Shown one piece after another: positions 28,069 to 42,736 of a stretch of DNA of 64,000 nt (position 1 is its first letter; each line of letters begins with the position of its first letter). A model generated the notes under the pieces. That model did no database searches. It was not told the origin of the DNA and saw nothing but the letters and a program-made list of their open reading frames with translations. A program made the translations under genes and the position numbers. The stretch comes from Schmidtea polychroa (lineage: Eukaryota), in NCBI GenBank assembly GCA_044892525.1, contig CM097885.1:15996001-16060000 (forward strand). The letters run 5' to 3'.

Positions 28069-28586
28069 ACGTCATGCAGGAAATCTCACAAATGAAGCAG
28101 ATGATGCAACAGTTAATGCGACCAAGCCAGAATCAAGCACCACAGCAGACACAGAATATATGCATGATGAGAAGCACAGAGAATATCAACAATTACCGGA
28201 TACAACAACATGCACAGGAATGGCAGAGATTACAAGCCGAGGAAGAGAGAATAAAACCAGAAGGCAACCAACAACGACAAGAACATTTAATATATTGAAA
28301 AATAAATAATAAAATTCCACTACTGGTCAATGTAGGCAAGGTGATTGCTCGCCATATATTCTCAGGAAATGGCCATACTTTGCATTCCGATGGACATGAA
28401 GGACATTTTGTATCAGGCTATTGCTGGAGGTAATATTTTATATGGATGACACGTGTCAGCTGCCTGAGAGCCGCTGGAATATCCTAGATGGTGACGAAAT
28501 TACTTTGATGGCCACTATTGATTATTCTGATGTCCTTAGCATAGAAAGGAACTTATTTACTCCTTCACTCACCAATGAGAATGAAT

Positions 28587-31500
28587 AATAATTTAACATT
28601 ATGCCATTGCCGCATCTAATGCTTTACTGATCCATCTCAGCCATGTAGAGGAGCCATTGAAAGCTTGGTCACACCGCGTGCCAATACTCATGCTCATTGC
28701 GGAAAATCCAGTCAAATCGCCTTCATTGCCCTCATAAACATTACACAAATGCACTCAGTCTGGGACACATTTCTCGCTATCCGTTCTGATTAAGCTTCCG
28801 TTTTGTACAGCTCCTTTCATGCATGCCATCCGATATGTCAGTGTAGGATCTTGTCTGTGTACAAGTTTCCACACCTTCAAATTGAGGATCTAGAAAGGAT
28901 AAAATCAAATTCCCTCAACTCATCATTAATTCATTTTCATACACAAGGTAACACCATAAGTAATATTTAGCTAAATATTCTATGCGAATGATTCTACCTT
29001 TCCTAATATTGACGTTTGTAGGCTACGGAATAAGTGATATGCAATTATATTTGTGTCATTGTTGATATAACCTGTAGCCCCCCATTCCCTCCATTTACCA
29101 TGTCAGTTAGTGTCAAATACTTTATTCTTTCATGGCATAAAATCCTTCATTCTATAAACAAATATTGAAGACTAAAATAAATAAGCGTTTCCAATGCTAC
29201 TGACGCCCTGTGATCTATTCCATCAACTTTTACACATTCCCTATTGTAGGAAGAACACTTGATAGAAACCCCTAATAAGTCACGTCACAATGTATCAATG
29301 CGTTCGATGACACAACAAAGAACAATGAAAGACCACGACTACTGTGGATTGGCATCAGAATGGTCCTGGCAATTGCTTTGGTGTCCATTAATTGGATTAT
29401 TTTAAAAAAATAAAAAACAAATATCTGATTTGTTGCTGAATCTGCTGTGACCGAATTCTGTGCCATTATTATGTACATCTATCAATACATACACCCTCCC
29501 GCACATCCACTAGCACATGCACCATCACATTCACTAGCACATGCACCATCACATCCACAATCACATGCACTAGGACAGTGAACTACAATACGATTCGATA
29601 GAATCAATTAAAATTGTCAATTAGGCCCTGCATTGATCACAGAATTCATAAATTACACAAAAATTCGTAACAATTTAATTTTTATTGTGTTAAATCTAAT
29701 CAATATCAGATCAATATGTGGCTCACAGGAACCTTGTACACATGAGAAAATGTTAGACAAATATTTGTAACCATAACGAGATCATTAGATCAATATTAAC
29801 ATTTTATGAAAAATATTTATTTTTATATTTTGATATATTTTTAATTTGTATTTGCCGTTAAAAATGTTAAATTTTTACATTTCGTTATAAAATTATAATT
29901 TAAATAATTTTGTAATATTTAAAATAAATGAGAAAAAAATTAGCATTAATAATATTTCGAATTGCTCTGAAGGCTAAAAAACAATATTTATAAAATGTTT
30001 GTTTATCTACATCAAAATACAAATTATAAATATTGAAATTGTCAACGTCAGAGGAAATAATTAATATAATAAGTATGATTTATGAATGTTGTAAAATGTT
30101 GAAATATTTTGATAATTTTGTTAATTTTAGATAAAATGTTTGCAAGCGTATGGGAAATGATGAAGAGGAATAAATTTGAATTTGATAATGAAGTCAGCAG
30201 TGAATTGATATGCAGAATTTGCAAATGTTTAATGATAAAAGCTTGCCATGCTCCTTGCGGTTGTCGCTTTTGTTCTGATTGCATTGAGCAATATTTGGAT
30301 GGAAAAGATAAATTCTGTCCAGGAGCATCAAAACATTGTGGAAAGAAAATGATCAATTTCAAAAAAGATGTTTCTGAAGATCACGCAGCCAATTTAAGGA
30401 TTTCAGAAGTGATAGTGAGATGTCCAATGCAAAATTGTCAATTCAAAGATGAATTAGAGGTGATGGAGAGCCACATGAGAACATGCAACAAGCAACCAAT
30501 GAAATGTCCATTCAATAGAATCGGATGCGAAATGAATGAGGTGGTAAAGGATGAAATGAAAGTCCATCTCAATGAGAACACTGAAGGCCATAGCAAATTA
30601 TTGATCGATCAGATCAGTAATCTATGCAATGAGATGCAAGCAATGAGACACGAGAATGTGACATTGCGTAATGAAATTATCAATATTAATGTAACATTTT
30701 ATTTGTAATTAATTTTATTGATATTTGTGATTGTAGGTGAAACTGGGCAATCTTGAAAGGAAAGAGGCGGAGAACAGAGGAGAAATAGAAGAATTAAATG
30801 AGGAAATGGTGGCATTGAAGAATGAGAATCGCTCATTGAGAATGGAGATGGAGACAAATATTGGATCAATCAATCAAGTTTGATTATTGATTTGATTTAC
30901 TATTGATTTTGTTATTGATGCAAAGCAGGTCAGACAGCAAATTGAAATGAATGAATCAAAATGTCAGCAGCAAATTGATGAGATGAAAGAGAAATGCGAG
31001 CAGCGGCTGCAACAGGGGAATGAAAAGGTGATTTATTGATTTATTAACGTGTTTGAATTTGAGATTCAGCTGCAGCTTGAAATGGCAAAATGCGCCAATG
31101 AAATTCGCCAGATTGAAACAAAATTAGCAAATGAAAAATATATAAATTATGGATTTTTTGAATGGCAAATCTATAAATTTTCACAACAAAAGAGATATGA
31201 AAAAATTTACAGCGAGGCATTTTATTCCGGGCCAATCGGTTACAAAATGTGCTTGAGGGTGAGCATTAGGGGTGATTATGTTTATGCTGGTTTCTGTTTG
31301 ATGCGTGGGGCAAATGATGAGCAATTGGATTGGCCGTTCAATCAATCCGTGACAATCGATGTGATCGATCCAGCAAATGGCAGCATTTATATGAGCAAGT
31401 CAATGAAATATTCAGATCGCCCTGATGCAGCCGGATGGGGGAAACCGTCACAAGACAGAAATAATTCAATTGGCTTTTATTATAATTATCCTGATACCAG

Positions 31501-32125
31501 CTCAATCTATCAATTAGCAGCCAAAAGTGATAAATTGCTGCTCAGGTGCAGAATTGAAAAATTATGACAAATTTAAAAAAACATTTCAATAAAGAATTTA
31601 TTTTGGGTTTTGATTTGTTTTATTGTTTGCATTTTTTATTATATTTTTATTATATTTATTATATGAGATAATTATTGTGGTAATTATTGTCATTCTCGCC
31701 TTCCATCCGATATCATCATCACGTGGCGGAGCGCTCACAGCAAATGCCAATTGCAATATCAACATCAATTATATAATTAAATAAAAGCAATTTAATTAAA
31801 TCAAAAACATTTAATATAAATTAATTTGAATAATTATTATAATTAAATTAATAATTAATTTGAAAGAAATGAAATTAAAATTCACCCGAATATAAGCGCT
31901 GACAAATCGCCTCAACAAATCAAACGCTCCTATGACGAGTGGAACTGACGAGAAAACCGCCGCTGATGTTATATGAGTTGTGGATAAATTATTGCTGTAC
32001 TGAATGGCAGTAAAATGCAGCTAATTGCAATACTAACACCGCGTTATATCAAATTGATAAATGCCTTAACATTTCGCCAGCTATTTGTGAGGCATTTAAA
32101 CGGAAATCAGCAACAACAATACTGA
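28587..32125. repeat. Segmental duplication block B, copy 2
   Basis: Colinear with 7596-11110. Confidence 0.9.
30136..31567 (+). CDS. TRAF-like protein copy 2, apparently intact (4 exons)
   Basis: RING, zinc finger, coiled coil and MATH. Three phase-0 GT-AG introns (GTAACA...TGTAG, GTTTGA...AGCAG, GTGATT...TTCAG). All exons are open when joined. Confidence 0.9.
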
Positions 32126-32233
32126 TCAAATGTTCTAAATTTGCTTTCACATCTGTTTTGATAAGTTTACCAAAATTAGAGCTGTCGATTCGATGAGGGC
32201 AATCAATGCTTTCTAAACTCTATAACATTCTGT

Positions 32234-32778
32234 TACGAATTCTTTTAATAATTAAACGAATTACCTTATTTAATCTTTCATAAAATTTAGATTTACTAAT
32301 AATATTATTGTTAATATAATAATAATAATAATTGCATTTGTAATGAAATCCTTTTCAATAGCTAGTGACCTGATTTAATATTAAATAATGTAACATTTCG
32401 TAAATTTATTCAGTTTTTCTTTCGTTAAATTTTCAAATACAATATTATTAAAACAAAAAAAGATTTCACGTAAATTAATATTTAAATTCACAAATTTGAT
32501 AAATTTTATGAATGAATTTTACTTATTAACAAACAACGAAATTTATTTTGAAATCTTGAAATTTTAGGAAATTTATAAATTAGGTTTTAAAGTGAAGTTG
32601 AGTCCAATACGTAATCTACATCAATACCTTGGGGTGATAAGTGACGGTTATGGGGTTTAAGGGGGGTCATTTAAATAATTTATAAATTATAATCTGAAAT
32701 TAAACGTAGTTGAGCATACATAATAAAGTAATTTACATTATTGAAGTTGGTACTTGAATGATGGTCAAATTACTTGAG
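32234..32778. repeat. Segmental duplication block C, copy 2
   Basis: Matches 20547-21240 and ends where a gypsy integrase remnant begins. Confidence 0.85.
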
Positions 32779-33700
32779 GAGGAACAAAGTAACATTCGAA
32801 CTAATACACAACAATTATATATGGCCTAACATGCGAAATGACATCAAAAACTACGTCAAGAGAGTTCTCAGCTGCCAGTTAAACAAAACAACAAAAAAAC
32901 TCAAACCTCAAAAAGTAAACTTCCCAAGCAGCAAAGTCTTCGAAACAATGCACACAGATATGGTAGGACCACTACCACCAAACGACAACTACAAATACCT
33001 GCTGACAATTATAGACAGGAAATCCAACTGGTTCGAAGTAATCTCAATAAAAGAAATCACCGCAAAAAATAAATGTGAAATGGTCGAATTAAATTGAATA
33101 GCTCGTTATGGTCAACCGAAAACAATTATAACCGATCAAGGCAGACAGTTCGAATCAGAAATGTTCAAAATACTCTGCAACAAATACAACATCAAAAGGA
33201 ACCGAACAACAGCTAACAACCCACAATCAAACGGAAAAAAGAGCGGTTCCACAGACATTAAAAGAAAGCATATGAACAAAAGCCAATGATCAAAATTGGT
33301 TAAATAATCTACTAATCGGACTGAAAAATAGTCCAAACTCAATAGATAATGAAAGTCCAGCAGTCAAGGTGTTCGGAAAAGCAACAAATTTACCATTACT
33401 CAAAAACAAAACAGCAGATAACACAGAAACAAACAAACAAACAACTAACAATAACAAAGGAAAAACAGATAAAAAACACAAAAGGAATTTTAAAAAGGAG
33501 ACCGGACTCCGAATTGGATGGGAAAACAGTACTAACAACATATTTTTATTTCATCATAATAAAGAAACCATTCACAAAAGGTTTCGAATCTAAATACGAA
33601 GGTCCATTCAAACTCTTAGAAATTAACAAAAACATCGCTACAATAATCAAAAAAACAACAAAATGAAAATAAACATATGACGAATAAAACCCTATCCCCT
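32779..33700 (+). pseudogene. Ty3/gypsy integrase remnant
   Basis: YIWPNMRNDIKNYVK..SCQLNK, HTDMVGPLP, LLTIIDRKSNW, IITDQGRQFES, TTANNPQSNG and KYEGPF (GPY/F) motifs; frameshifted. Confidence 0.85.
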
Positions 33701-34989
33701 GAACGAAAACCCACAAAACAATCCACCAGAAAACAAAACACAAACACAAACGAAAACACAACCAATTCATAAAAACATCACATTTAACCACAAAACCTCA
33801 ATCAAACTATTTGACAAAGATACAATAATTACACCCTTATACAAAAAACGATACAGCGATTGCCTTAAATAAAACACCCACAAAAAAAGTAAAAATAACA
33901 AAACACACGCACAAACAATACTAATTGTACAGTTTTTTTTATCAATTTCGTTGTATATATAGAGTAAATTGTAAATTTTTTGTTTTATCCAGTTTATAGA
34001 TACAAAGGAACAGAAACAAAATACATAAAAACATATAATACATACTAAAAAAAGGTTATTGAATATAATTTTTTCGTTACCTTTAATTGATTCATGTTAA
34101 GCTCCGGTTTTAAAGGGGGAAGTTGTGTAATGTACAGTTATATATTTTATTTATTTTTAAACAAGGTTTTGCCACGCCTTGTTATTTTATTGAGTGTAGA
34201 TCGCAATGGAAAAAGAATAAAAAATACTATATACCGATAATTTACTATGGTAAATACAAATATCGACAAATCCCAACGTTTCAATCAAAAAGAAATTCAT
34301 TCTATAATATTTATTCTACCATCCGTTATTTCTTTCAAACGTCAAAAGAAGATGCTCGAATTAATCCAAGAAAGTAAATTCGCCGAAATTAACGAAGGAT
34401 TACCATTCGTTCCCTCTCTAACGTTTTACAATTTTTATTTAAATAAAGTTGGATTTTTAAATTGTTCATTGGTTCATAAAACTAATTTATTTTAACAAAA
34501 CTTTGGTGATTTCTTTGCAATACTATCTAAATTGTTCTTCTATTCGTTTTTATTCGCTTGTTCATATAACTAATTTTATTTTAATAATACTTTTGTGATT
34601 TCGTTTTATTACTGCCTAGATTTTATTTTGTCTACTCATAGTCATAAAATCCCTACACAACACGCACCCCGATTGTCCCGCCACATTTTTAACGGTGATT
34701 CTATCGGGCTCTCCAGATTTCCTCACACATACACACTCACTATGACGAATATAATATAGGTAGAGTTTCCAAAATATCCGGTTTTTTAGTATCCGCGAAT
34801 ACCGCTTTTCATTATTCGAAAACCGCGGTTAACCGGTCGGATACGGATATTTTGGAAAAAGCTAATTTAAAAAAGAAAAGATAAAAAAAAACTCGAAAAA
34901 TTGTCAATTTAAGATGAAAATTTATTCACTTTTTTTCATTTATATACAAATATTTTAGAAAAACTAAGCAATTTAGAGATTAATCAGAT

Positions 34990-36154
34990 AAATGGGTTCA
35001 AAGTTTACCACAAAAGTGGGAGGAAACGGAGAAAGTCCTTTCGGCTTCGTTTGATGATGGCTTTATTGTTGTTAAGGCTTCAAATAATTTTTCAAGTTTT
35101 CAGGCCTTTGAACTGTTTTCTTAAATATCATAAAGTCATCGTTGATGTTTAAGTTGGATTTTTGAAAATTTCCGCAAGTAACATAATTAATTGCAGTATC
35201 AAGCTCTGCTTCCAACGAAACTGGTGCATCCGTGTTCAAATCTACATGTTTTGGTGAAGATGAAGGTGACATGATGAAGAAGATTCAAAAAGTCTAGCAA
35301 ACAGATTAGATGCAAATTCCAAAACAATTTTTGATGGTTTTATAGAGTTATTGGTGAGGCATGCCAGAGTATCAATAATGGTAGAGTTTTCTCGTTCTTT
35401 CATCCGTCGTTCGATATTTAATTTTAATGTACTACAGATCACGTCATTACATTCATTCAATTTGTTGTACAGAAAATTCATCGCTCCTTTTGCTGTTAAT
35501 AAATTGGCGTCTTGTCTCCCCAATGTTTCAACAGCTAATGTTAATGGTTTTATTGCATTCATTAAGCTGCACAATTTTTCGAAATCTATTCCAGATACTA
35601 GGTGAAGTGCATTTAATTCGATCAGCGTGTTTTGAATTGGAATTCGAACTCTGAGTAGTTTTTCTAACATAGGATGAATAGAGTTCCACCTGTGTTTCAG
35701 ATTTTTTTGTATGTCGACATCTTCATTATCTGCGAATTCTTCTTCATTAACATCATCATCGAAAAATTCATTGTCTTGGAAGTCGTCATCATCTTCTTCT
35801 TCTATAATGTCAACATCATTTGATTCAAAAACTTTCTTTTAATAAAATGTTTCAATTACCGCCAAATGCAGCCCTTGACATAAACATAACTGTGATTCAG
35901 ATGGACAATCTGAACCATACTTCACCATTACCCTGGCACCATCATTTGTAGTATAAACAATGTCGTTTTGGAACGAAAAATTAAACAACTCTAAATGCTT
36001 GGTTACAATTTCAAACACTACAGCTGCAGTACACGAACCAGTAGCTCTCACCAAACCTAGATTGTTGCAATTTCCATTATTTCCATGTTCATTAATATTA
36101 ATAATGCGACGATTTCGTGCACTTACCCACTCATCAAGGGTTATACTAAACTTA
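34990..36154 (-). pseudogene. hAT transposase, catalytic and dimerization part
   Basis: FSITLDEWVSARNRR, TNDGARVMVKYG, CLCQGLHLAV and IKPSSNEAERTFS motifs with frameshifts. Confidence 0.88.
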
Positions 36155-36214
36155 AGTAGTAGGATGTGTCCCCTCCAGACCAGGTCCCCTCATTTATTTT
36201 TCAAAATATTATTT

Positions 36215-36245
<31 letters not shown>

Positions 36246-37851
36246 CATTTATTTTTTTTCAAGGTCATTTATTTTTTCAAGGTCATTTATTTTTTCAAGG
36301 TCATTAATTTTTTTCAAGGTCATTTATTTTTTCAAGGTCATTTATTTTTTCAAGGTCATTTATTTTTTCAAGGTCATATTTTAAAATTTAAATGTACAGA
36401 GTTCCCGACAACGATAATTATTCAACGATAGCTCATTTTAAAGCCCAATGCAAGACCTTTCGATTGATTCATAGAAGGTATCATCATCATTATTATTGAC
36501 AAAGTTATTAACAATTGATGACCACCATCTTTTCAACGTTAAATTATTATTATTATTCAAAATATTATTAATTGGCCGGGCGGTGACATACTTTTTCTCA
36601 TCCCAAAAATTAATGTTCCCACCAACGGATTTTATTAGACGATACCTCATGTTAAAGCCCAATGCAAGACCTTTCGAATGAGCTAATGAAGGTATCATCA
36701 TCATTATTATTGACAAAGTTATTAACATTTTACCAAAAATCATTTTCAAGGTCATATAATTATTAAGTGGTCTGGCGGGCCCCTACTCTTTTTCATCCCA
36801 AAAATTAATGTTCCCATTATCCGAATTTATTGGACGATACCTCATCTTAAAGCTCAGTCCAAGACCTTTCGAATGAGTCATAGAAGGTATCATCATCATT
36901 AATATTAACAAAGAGAATGACTCACCCAATGACTCACCCAACGATGTCTAATATTTTTAGAACGATGACTCATCAAGGTCATTCCCAAGGTCATATGACT
37001 CATCAAGGTCAAGGTCATTTTTTTTTAATTTAATTTTTTTGTTTTAATTAAGTAATCTTTTTATTTTCAAGGTCATTTAATTTTCAAGGTCATTTAATTT
37101 TCAAGGTCATTTAATTTTTCAAGGTCATTTAATTTTCAAGGTCATTTACTTTTCAAGGTCATTTACTTTTCAAGGTCATTTATTAAAATAATTATTATTT
37201 TCTNNNNNNNNNNNNNNNNNNNNNNNNNNNNNNNNNNNNNNNNNNNNNNNNNNNNNNNNNNNNNNNNNNNNNNNNNNNNNNNNNNNNNNNNNNNNNNNNN
37301 NNNNNNNNNNNNNNNNNNNNNNNNNNNNNNNNNNNNNNNNNNNATCTATCCGACAAGATATTCTGTCTCCCTAAGGGTATTGCTCACAAGGGCACTACTC
37401 ACATGGGTAATTGTCACAAGGGTACTACTCACATTCAACATGTCGTAAATTATTTTCAAATACAAGTTCAAAGTATTATTATTTATTTTAACACGCACGG
37501 GAGTTATTATTATTATTATCATATATAGTCAGAGTTTATCCGACAAGATATTCTGCCCCCCTATGTGTACTGCTTACATAGGTAATGGTTACAAGGGTAC
37601 TTCTCACATTCAACATGTCTCAAAGGGTATAATATAATTATTATTAAATTCCGACCAACTTAAATCAATGAAGGGGTAGAACAAAATATATTACGTTGCG
37701 GTATTTTAAAATTTAAATATATTTTAAAAACGTATTTTGATACTAAAGTTTACTTAATTAACAAAGACATAATTATTGCACATGCTTTGCATAAATATTA
37801 TTATTTTTTAAATTTTCAATATTTTCTTTTAAAGTATTAACACGCGCGGGA

Positions 37852-37901
<50 letters not shown>

Positions 37902-38161
37902 CATTATTAGTGAAAACCTAAAATATTTTTTTACACACACACACACACAACCCCTCAACCATTATTATTATTATCAATATTAAAAACCTAAAATATTTTC
38001 TACACACATGCACAACTCATTAACCATTATTATTATCATTATTAGTGAAAACCTAAAATATGGTTTACACACACACACACACACGACCCATTAACAATTA
38101 TTTGTATCAATATTAGTGAAAACCTAAAATATCTTCTACACACATATACAACCCATTAAAC

Positions 38162-38203
<42 letters not shown>

Positions 38204-38582
38204 GCAAATATTAGTCAAAAACATAAAAACACACACTCAACCAATTAACAATTATTATTATCAATATTATTATTATTGCAAATACTAGTCAAAAACTTAA
38301 AATTTTATTTTTTTTTTTACACACACACACAACCCATTAACCATTATTATTATTGCAAATATTAGTCAAAAACATAAAAACACTCATAAACCATTATTAT
38401 TATCAATATTCGTGAAAACCTCAAATATTTTCTACACACACACACACACACACAACCCATTAACCATTATTATTATTGCAAATATTAGTCAAAAACATAA
38501 AAACACTCATAAACCATTATTATTATCAATATTAGTGAAAACCTAAAATATTTTCTACACACACACACACAACCCATTAAAC

Positions 38583-38639
<57 letters not shown>

Positions 38640-40243
38640 ATTATTATTATTATTAGTGAAAAAACCTTAAATAATTTTTACATACTAAGTTATGGGGTAG
38701 AGTATTATTATGTTTGCAGTATTCTGTGTTTGCCTTTACAGGAAGTTGTCAATAAGGAGCGATAATTTTACACACACATTCTATATACACATACCTTGTT
38801 TAACATGGGTGTATATACTCCTAGTCTATCCGACAAAATATTCTGTCCCCCTATGGGTATTGCTCACAAAGGTACTACTCACATTCAACATGTCGCAAGG
38901 GTATATTAATTAGGGTTAGTAAATAAAACCTATCACATACACTATTTAAACGAAAAAAAAATCAAGACAAGAGAGGACAAGGCAAAGTATATGCATTTAG
39001 TATTGCCAGGCCTAATGAGCAGTTACCAAATATCTGTGCCTGAAAGACACGGTGGATATTTGTTCGCGTCCACAAGGGTCGTCTGTGCCTCCCGCAAGTG
39101 GGGTCAAAAGAACCTGGGCATTATAGTTTTCCGTACGGAACATTACGCCTAGCATGGGTAGTCAACTACCAGTACATTCGAAACGTATAATTTCAAAATA
39201 CATGCGTCATTGGCACTATAACCAAATTAATTAATGTTTTCACTAACACAAATATATATTTACAGAGGCCTCCCACTAGTTGGATTACAACCGCCCACCA
39301 CGACGATCAGCTTGTAAATATATATTAATTAAGGGATAAAGAGGACCCACCCAACCCTATTATATTTAATTTACAAATTTTTCTCGCTCTTCTGCTGGTA
39401 TTCTATCTCAAAATTATCATCTCCATCGGGCCATTTGGAATACATCTTGCGAATTGTACATATTTCTTAGTTTCTGATGTGGTGTCAACTATCATTGCTA
39501 AAATTTATATTGATTTAAAAGCAATTAACTTACATTATCTAGCATTTTATCGTCACAGGCTTGATAAATTAGGCAACTGTTATTTGTGGTATACTTTTTC
39601 AATGTCATTTCCCACCATAAAACACAGTTACCTAAATATAATATATATATATTTTAAAGAATTAATTCATGTCTTACATTAATAATAATATTCTTCAGGT
39701 AGTACTTTACAATATCTAATTGCTAAAACATTGGTTTTTCCCATTTTTCTTGACATTCGTTGAAAGTTTACATAATTTAAGTCTGATAATTCATGTTGAA
39801 GGACACCCACAATCAGCTAATTCATTTAAGAAATCCGGAACTATAACTCCTTTAGTGTTTCACCATTTTGTCTGGTTCATTTTTTTTTCTATAATTCATG
39901 TTTTAATAAGAAATTTCTAAATCCAGAACATAAGTCATTTAGTGTTTCACCATTTTGTTCATCTTCTTCATAATCATATAATTCATTTTCTTCATTACTA
40001 AGTAAAATAATTAAAATATTGTAGTAAATTCTTTATTTACTTACTTTATGGATACTAAAACGAAAGAAATAAAGTTATATCAAAAGTATATTTAAATAAA
40101 TTAAATTTAAATAATTTAATTTAGTTATTTAAAAATATTTAAACAATTTAGTTATTTAAGCATATTTAAACATTAATATTATTATATAGTATAATTTTAT
40201 ATAATTTTATATAATATTATAATTTTATGTACACTTATATATC
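36155..40243 (+). repeat. Left inverted arm (TIR), about 4.1 kb
   Basis: Reverse complement of 42737-47140. Mirrored ORFs in the ORF track (e.g. 39479/43288, 39720/43050, 38710/44058). Inner boundary at GTACACTTATATATC. Confidence 0.9.
36214..37190 (+). promoter_or_regulatory. Arrays of TCAAGGTCA and TGACTCA motifs in the left arm (mirrored at about 45650-46640)
   Basis: About a dozen AGGTCA half-sites at 36214-36380, further copies at 36975-37185, and TGACTCA at about 36918-37005. Function is inferred only. Confidence 0.4.
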
Positions 40244-42736
40244 CTTCATTTAATTTTTTAAATTCAAATTTATAATGAAGATTCTTTGAATTAAAAAATA
40301 TTATGTTAGTATTTCCAGGCAGTAAACAACGAATTCAATAATTAAAATCTTAATTTTCATGTTGTTAGGGTTATGGCCAGAATTTAATCGCCATCTAATC
40401 GTTTGTTCTCAATTTCGCTCATTTTTGTTCAAAACATTCAGGTGAGTTGTTATCTGGAAAGTTTCTTTGAGCTCAGTTTTGTTAAAACACTCACAGTATT
40501 TTTGAGGGACGTGATACTGGGAATAAATTAACAATGGGTGGTCTTGCATACATGTTGTTGGTTTGAACTGTTGATTTATTTTAGAAATATGTATATTAAA
40601 AACATTTAAGGTATCATTCAGTAAAATAATATAGTATTTTTGAGTATTTTTAGTTGATTTATAAATAACAGTATTTTGATATATCGATAAAGACCATATA
40701 CTCCTAGTTTATCCGACAAAATATTCTGTCACCCTATGGGTATTGCTAGCAAGGGTACTGGTCACATTCAACATGTCGCAAGGCTATATTAATCATTTAG
40801 AAATTCTTAGGTAATTTAGTGAGATGATCAGAAATTCGTGAATATTTTAAATGTAACTTTACACTTATGTCGAGCGACTAATTTATTGGTTAACTTTGTA
40901 GTCATTTAAAGCAAAAATTAATTTATTCATCTAATGTTCGTTACAATAGTTAATAATATGAGAAAAACATGGTCATTATTCATTGATAATTTTAAATTCT
41001 TAATCATTTGGAGTAAATTTGTTTGAGGCAAAAATAATTAAAGGAGTCATAATAGAAATATGGTTATCATTTATCCAATTAAGGGGCCTATTATTTAGAA
41101 ATATATATTATAAAGTAACAATTATTTTCTAATTTAATTAGATGATCATTAGACGTAATATATCTTTGCGAGAAATTTAAGATGTTTGAGTAACCAAAAC
41201 ATGGACATTTTGTGCGATAAATTTATGAATATTGCGTAATTTTGTTATTTTTAGTCATTTAAAATAATATTTAGCAAAGGTAATTTAGCAAAATATCATT
41301 TATCCACCCGATAACAATATTCCTTCAATAGATTAACTGATATTCAACCTATTTAATTTCTGGAAATATAATTAAAATCATAAATTTCCTTCATGAAAGT
41401 TAAATTTTCTTTAGTTGTCGATGTCTAACTCTTTTAAGTCAATATTTTTGTTACCGTTATCTTCATAATGAATGTCCGTCTTTAAAATGTTAAATAAAAT
41501 AATTTAAAGCAATAACCTTTGATATCAATTATCTCTAAATATTTCAAATATTGCATTGTCAAAACCAAGTAAATTAGTCATTACCCATTAATAAAACCGT
41601 GGATAATTAATAAAAACTGGTTCTGAAACATAAATTACTGTGCAATAACATTCATCACAACCTCTAAAACGATATAATTTCACAGGAACTATTCATAGCT
41701 GACTATTTCCCTTGAAAATTTGATATTTTACCAATAAGAATATATAAATATTCAAAACATTAACCGATCCCTCACCAAATATCTTTACCCCTTAAAACAC
41801 CTTAAATCGTATATATTACCATCTTAACCTTCACTAAATCCAACCGAATATAATTTCATCCACTTGTGCCCTTTAATAAATCTTAAAATCTATAGAAAAT
41901 TCTTCAAAATATGAATTTTATTTAATTGTCACAGACATTCTTCCATTGAAATAATTTAGTAGCTAAATTCAAAGAGTCCACTAAAAGATCAAAATTCATT
42001 AAAATAAATATTTAACCACATGTGTCATCAAATACCTAACTAGAGATGATAATATCTCATTGATTGATCATAATTATAACCATTATAACATGATATATCT
42101 TTCAAACTAAATTTAGGTATATTTTACAATAATTTTCAAGTAGATTTTAAATATATCATCATCGTGAAAAAATTAGATTGTTTCAACTTTAGATTTTCAA
42201 TATTTTAAAGTTCATCAATGTGTAAATATTCTTAGAAAAATATATGAAAAAATTATTTAGTCAAATTATCATTACAAAGTCATCATCATCATCAAAATTA
42301 ATAAAATATAGCAAATTATCAAGAAATTAATTAAATTTATCTTAGAATTAACACTAAACCTTAAATATTCTTTCAATTAACATGAAATTCACAAAAAAAA
42401 AAATGTTAGTAAAATCCCGCTAACTCTAAAAAATTACCAATGAATTTAATGCCAAATAATAACCAAATATTTGCCTAAATAAAATCATTAAAACACACCA
42501 GTACCTTTACGACCAGTACCCTTACGACCAGTACCCTTACGACCAATACCCTTACAAGCAGTACCCATAGAGGGAGAAAATATTTTGTCGGATAAACTCC
42601 GAGTATATATATAATAAAACGAATTAACAATAACTCCATCAAATTGAATCAGTCAAATTATCACAAATTTTAATAAAAAATCTTATTCTAAAGTGGTAAG
42701 CAGCGTAAAATCGAAAGATAATTTTAATAACACAGA

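Noticed and set aside
39010-39050. Hammerhead ribozyme-like CTAATGAG...GAAA in the palindrome arms
   Set aside because: The core deviates from CUGAUGA, stem II does not close onto GAAA, and no stems I or III were found.
36214-42600. CRISPR-like array
   Set aside because: Eukaryotic context, no unique spacers of constant length and no cas genes; these are minisatellites.
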